Shown here in pieces: positions 59,211-64,000 of a DNA stretch of 64,000 nt. Position 1 is the stretch's first letter; every line of letters begins with the position of its first letter. Source of the DNA: Mobula birostris (lineage: Eukaryota); NCBI RefSeq assembly GCF_030028105.1, contig NC_092379.1:45680150-45744149 (forward strand), written 5' to 3'. The notes under the pieces were generated by a model. It was given only the letters and a program-made list of their open reading frames with translations, did no database searches and was not told the DNA's origin. The position numbers and the translations under genes are program-made.

Positions 59211-62200
59211 TGTGACTCGACAGTCCAATTTCTCAGGCAAGGCCGAATGCAATCAGAAACCGAAATTTTGCTGGGCTTTGCTCAAGTCTCTACAAGCACG
59301 ACGTCGAAAAGAATTAAGTGAAATACTATCACAATGAAATAATAATTAGCCGACAAGTGTATTTGAGCGCTGCCGAATCGATGGTTGTAAGAGGGCACCC
59401 CTCTCTGGGCGCAGACCCTGAAGCCCAACAGATCTGTATCCGCTGGAATGCTCGGATGAGGAAATTGTCCAAATTGTCCCCTCCAGTATCCAAGAACGTT
59501 CTTCTGGATTGTTAATCACCCTTCCCTGTCCACAAGATACTGGACCTTGCCACGAACCCGACTAGATGCCAAGAGACGCCGCACCGTAAAGACCAGGGAA
59601 CCATGTACCAAGCGGGGAGAAGGGCGAGGTGTGGTGACTGGGGGAGGGAAGAGGTAGTTAACGGCTTCAGCTGGGAAACATGGAATACTGGGTGGATTTT
59701 CAATGATGCTGGAAAACTCAATCAATACAACACCTTGTTAAAAGCCCTTTCCACTCTGAACGGTGCAACGTAGTGCGGTGCCAAGTTGCGGCTCTCGACT
59801 TGCAGGGGAAGATCACTTGATGCCAATTAGACATCCTATCCTGGTTTGAAATACCTTATCTGTCGGCCGAGGCTGATTAGCCTGCCGGGCATGTTGTTTC
59901 TGGGTACGCAGCAGAGAATCCCTGGCTCGTCTCCAGGTGCGCTTGTAACGCTGGAACAACTGTTCAGCAGTTTAACTACTACGTCAGTCTCCTGATCAGG
60001 GAACAGCTACGGCTGAAAGCCCTTCTGGCCTACCAAAGGGGACCCACCAGTCGAGGACGACTGGGGATTATTGGGGTGATCTCTCCCCAAACCAATTGGA
60101 AGCACCAGGACGTGGAGTTGGAAGAGGCAAAGCAGCGCAGGGTTGCTTCCAACTCCTGGTTCACCCTCTGTCTAGTTATTGGATTGCGGTTGGAATCCAA
60201 GCTAGAGGCTGGTCATGGCTCCTGCAAGCTTTCTACAGGCGGGAAGTGAACTGTGGTCCATGATCAGACACTATATCTTGAGGATAGCCGAAATTCAGGA
60301 TGAAGCGGCGATAAAAGATCACAAATCCCATGAAGTGCTGTACCTGTTTTAGTGTAGATGCTTTGGACCACTCTTCAAATGCCTGACCTTTACTATGGTC
60401 GATATGAACACTGGCTAGGGTAAGTATATAGCTCAAAAGCGATACCTGGTCTTATTGGAAGTCACATTTTTCAGGCATGGCCGACGGGTTATTTTCAAGA
60501 AGCTATCTGAGAACCCTCTAGACATGCCGGGCGTGTTGTCGATGAGAGCGGGTATAGATAATAATATCATCTAAAAACACAAAACAAACTTGTTCAGGAT
60601 GTCCTTGAGCACATCGTTAACTAAAGCCTGGAATACAAACCAAAAGGGATCACCAGGTACTCACATTGGCTATTAGAGGTGTTGAAAACTTTCTTCCACT
60701 TAACCCCTTATCTTATGCGAACCTGATTGTAAGCATTGCGTAGATCATTTTTGGAAAACATGGCTACTCCCTGAAGATCTTCAAACGCAGACGCCAGCAT
60801 GGAAAGAGAGTAACGGTTCAGGACCGATAATCGATGCACGGACGGAGCTTGCCATCTTCCTTGTCCTGCCTGCGAGGTTGACGGACGGATAAACCCCATA
60901 GCCAATGCCTCCTTGATGTATTCCTCCATGGCTACCATTTCAGGGCGAGAGAGGGTAAATAGCCAGGGAGGAACAGTGCCAGGTAGGAGGTCTATGGCAC
61001 AGTTGTATGGCCAGTCTGAGGGAAGCTGGTGGCCTTCCTTTTACTGAAAACCTCACGGAGAAAGGCATATTCAGCTGTAATCCCAAAGAGGTCCGCATCC
61101 TCAGCTGACACAGGAGGGGATTCATGGAACGAGCTTGATCTGGACCCAGACAGGTACACAGGAATGCCGGTCCCCACACTTGGAGTGCTTGTTTTGACCA
61201 ATCGATCCGTGGGTAATGACAGGATAACCGGGGAGACCACGTACTAGTGGCAGTTCAGGCAAATCAACTAGATCGAAAATGTTGTTCATGATGGTTGCCT
61301 TCGATCACACGTTGGAGGAGCCGGTGCCCAGAGGTCGACCGTCTAGCGCCTTAAAGTTAGTCTTGTCTCTTAATTCCTGAGTCGGAACGCCTCGTCTTTG
61401 AGCTACAGAGATGTCCATGAGATTCCCAGCTGCACCAGAGTCGGTAAACGCCTTAAGTTCTTGGGTCTGAGACTTCAACGATAGGGTATAGCTGCGAACA
61501 TTACACAATTAGGGGAAGCTGACTGAAGAGAGAACCGACGCGTCAGGATTCCCCTCCTTGCTGACGGGTGTCCTGTGTTACCGGACGCTTGAAACCTGCA
61601 GCACGGAATTGTCTTTGATCTCCAGATCAGAGGCGCATGTGCCCTACTTGCATAGGCTCCTCTGTGAACTGGGTGCTGGGAGGTGACGGACAGAGAGAGG
61701 GCGAGGAAAAACGGTGATCAGACAGGGCGTAGGAAGCTTGAAACTTTCTTTCCCTGTGCCACTCAGTGACTCGGTCGTCAACTCGCACAGCCTGATTAAT
61801 CAGACCATCCAGACCACCCTACTCGTCCCGGACAACGATCTTATGCCGGACCATTGCGTTCAGTCCACGCTGGAAGATGGTGATGAGTGATCTCTCATTC
61901 CAAACCGTCAAAGAGTGCGGAATTAGACTGCATAGGCTCTCACCGTTCCTCTGCCTTGGCGCAGGTCCAAGAGTCGGTGGGCGGCCTCCTGACCCAGTCC
62001 TGGAAGGTCAAATACTCTTCTTAACTCTGCCATGAAACGTCGGAAGCATTGGGCTGCGGGGTATCCTTGCTCCTGAAGAGCGTTGAACAGGTTGAGAATA
62101 GATTCATCTGGAAGATTGACACATGCACGTCAGTTCTTCCACATCTTTACCAAAACGACCAGGCTGGGCTGGAATGTCCCCTCACATTGAGTAATAAAAT

Positions 62201-62500
62201 TCCTGTATCAGTCTGGATCACTAGAATATCTGCCTGCTTGTGGACTACTCAGTTCCTGTAAGGACGCGGGAATCCGTGGGGTCCGAAGGGCGTCGGTTGC
62301 GGTCCAGGCGCGGGAGCGGGAGCATTAGTAGCGGAGGTTGTCGAGGCGGCAGAAAGGGGGGATCTGCAAGATGTTAGGAGTAGGACTGAGCGGGAAGAGG
62401 TGCTGAACTGCATTGGCGAGAATGTTAACGGCTGTCATCTGACACTGGATGTCCACAGTGAGCTCGTGGACGGAGGCCGTGAGAGCGGAAATAGCAGACA
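59211..62500 (-). mobile_element. Decayed, internally deleted Ty3/Gypsy chromovirus (gag, protease, RT, integrase, chromodomain, candidate 3' LTR at about 59211-59390)
   Basis: gag WNERSLITIFQRGLN..LINQAVRVDDR, protease LKAFTDSGAAGNLMD, RT MEEYIKEALAMGFIRPSTS..DLRNAYNQVRIR, integrase IHPVFHVSQLKP and chromodomain FTVRRLLASSRVRGKVQYLVD. A purine tract lies near 59395-59407 and the ACA terminus at 59211-59213. Confidence 0.85.
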
Positions 62501-62689
62501 CCTAATTCCAATTGTTTGTGATGAGCTGTTCAACCGTTGTGGTCAGGGATAATCCTTCCGATGAGACTTGGTTTGTCAGCACGAGATTATCTGCCTCATT
62601 GCTTCCGTAACTTCACTCAAAACAGACTCCATTGTCTATAGCTTGTCCCCTGCTTGACCAATGAATCTCAGGGCCAAAATGATTGAAAT

Positions 62690-63030
62690 TACTTTGACCG
62701 TGGTATGATTGTTGGTGCCAAACAGGGTTGTTCGAGTATCTCAGATACTGCTAATCTCCTGGAATTTTCACGCAGATCATTCTGTAGAGTTTATAGAGAA
62801 TGGATCGAGAGCAAACAAAAAAATCCAGTGTGTGGCAGTTGAATGGGCGAAAACGTCTAGCTAGTAAGAAAGGTCGGGAGAGAATAACCAGACTGATTAA
62901 AGCTGACAGGAAGGCGAAAGTAACACTTGTTTCTACAGTGAAATGCAGAAGAGCATCTCTGACATTGTAATTGTCGGGCTACCGCAACAGAAGACCATGA
63001 ACATACAGTGGCCACTTTATTAGGTACACG
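62690..63030 (+). mobile_element. Tc1/mariner-like non-autonomous remnant
   Basis: Ends in CAGTGGCCACTTTATTAGGTACAC, a terminal motif I recall from fish Tc1-like elements. The internal AAAGCTGACAGGAAGGCGA...GCAGAAGAGCATCTCTGA segment resembles a transposase DNA-binding-region fragment. Confidence 0.55.
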
Positions 63031-63220
63031 AGGAAACAGAATGCTTTCTATGGTAAGTAAATAAACGAAATACACCCAGAATTTCGATTTAAAGTTAGCT
63101 TCAGCACACCGTAAGGCATTACCACATTAACGTAAATGCTCTTGCAGCTCGCTCATGCCCTTCTGGAAAGAAAACCGGCAAGCTTTCCCCAGCACTTTCA
63201 TCAGTCTCACTAATTGCATT

Positions 63221-63905
63221 TGTAAGGGATTTCTTCTTTTATGTTACTGCGTCGGCTAATCAAAATGGTTTCTTTGTTATGTTAAATGCTGAGAAAGTTC
63301 TCTCGCTAGAGGCTTGTTTGGGTTATAGAGGGAGTTGTATTCAGTTGCTAACCAATTGTGATAGATGTTATTCTTTCCTATGTGTCTGTAAGCTATTGTG
63401 ATGCGCGGGTTTTAGGGCAGAAAGCGCGATGGGGAGAGAGAGAGTGGGCGCGATGCTGTGAGCTGGCCGACGGAACGGACCCGGAGCCGGAGTCCGAGGT
63501 CCAGGGTCTTCTGCGAGGAGAGGAGACGAAGACAGACTTGTGTGGAGCGTCTGGTCGACCACCGTTGTCGGTCCCAGGCGGCGGGTCGAGGTGGTCAGAG
63601 GGGATCGAATGGTGGAAAGCCGACTCCGTTACTAGAGTTCCAACTGTGCACGAAGAGTTTGAACTTTGATGAGTTTGGCGCCTTTTACTTTCCTTTTATA
63701 TTTTACCTCTATTAATTATATAGTTGCAACAATACCTATAAATTGTAATCATTTAATCGTATATGGTGTATTGTCTGTTATTTGGCGGGGTGGGGTACAT
63801 CACACAACATCCACACAAACTTAATTACCCAGTTTGGCGGACCGAAGGCTGCTTCCCCTAGACGAAAGTGAGTTGAGCGAGCCTGCGCTTACCGGGGGGG
63901 CTACA
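63221..63905 (+). mobile_element. 5' LTR of an LTR retroelement, followed by a degenerate tRNA-Pro-like PBS; element continues beyond the window
   Basis: TGTA...TACA termini. TTAGGGCTTTGTCCGAGAT (63907-63925) resembles the tRNA-Pro PBS TGGGGGCTCGTCCGGGAT. The left boundary is less certain. Confidence 0.6.
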
Positions 63906-64000
63906 TTTAGGGGCTTTGTCCGAGATTGAATTCAGTGGCGTGCTGTGTGATTGCCCTGTGTAAATCAGTGTTGCCCTGTCTCTGTGGGATTGTGGTTAGT

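Overview
Vertebrate genomic DNA from a cartilaginous fish (inferred from the Ig gene and the repeat families; probably a ray). The only host gene I can support is the 3' end of an immunoglobulin heavy-chain cluster on the + strand, most like the long form of IgW (IgNAR not fully excluded). It comprises a penultimate C1-set exon (2397-2717), a last C exon with contiguous secretory tail (2882-3264), a TM1 exon (7558-7718) and a 9-nt TM2 coding exon (20465-20473, giving a KVN cytoplasmic tail) across a 12.7 kb intron. A diverged same-strand paralog of the TM2 exon, with its upstream intron end, 3' UTR and downstream flank (about 19770-22300), recurs about 33 kb later (about 52720-55450), and I found no Ig-domain exons or convincing TM1 in front of it. 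Most of the rest is transposon-derived. This includes CR1 LINEs (one near full length with an esterase ORF1 and tandem 5' monomers), Rex1/Babar LINEs, and Penelope-like elements carrying minimal hammerhead ribozymes, one of them a 94-bp near-perfect hairpin with a hammerhead on each strand. There are also solo LTRs with target-site duplications, decayed Ty3/Gypsy elements including a chromovirus, tRNA-derived SINEs and a Tc1-like remnant. No V, D or J segments or credible RSS were found. Repeat boundaries are by eye and approximate unless a TSD or terminus is quoted.
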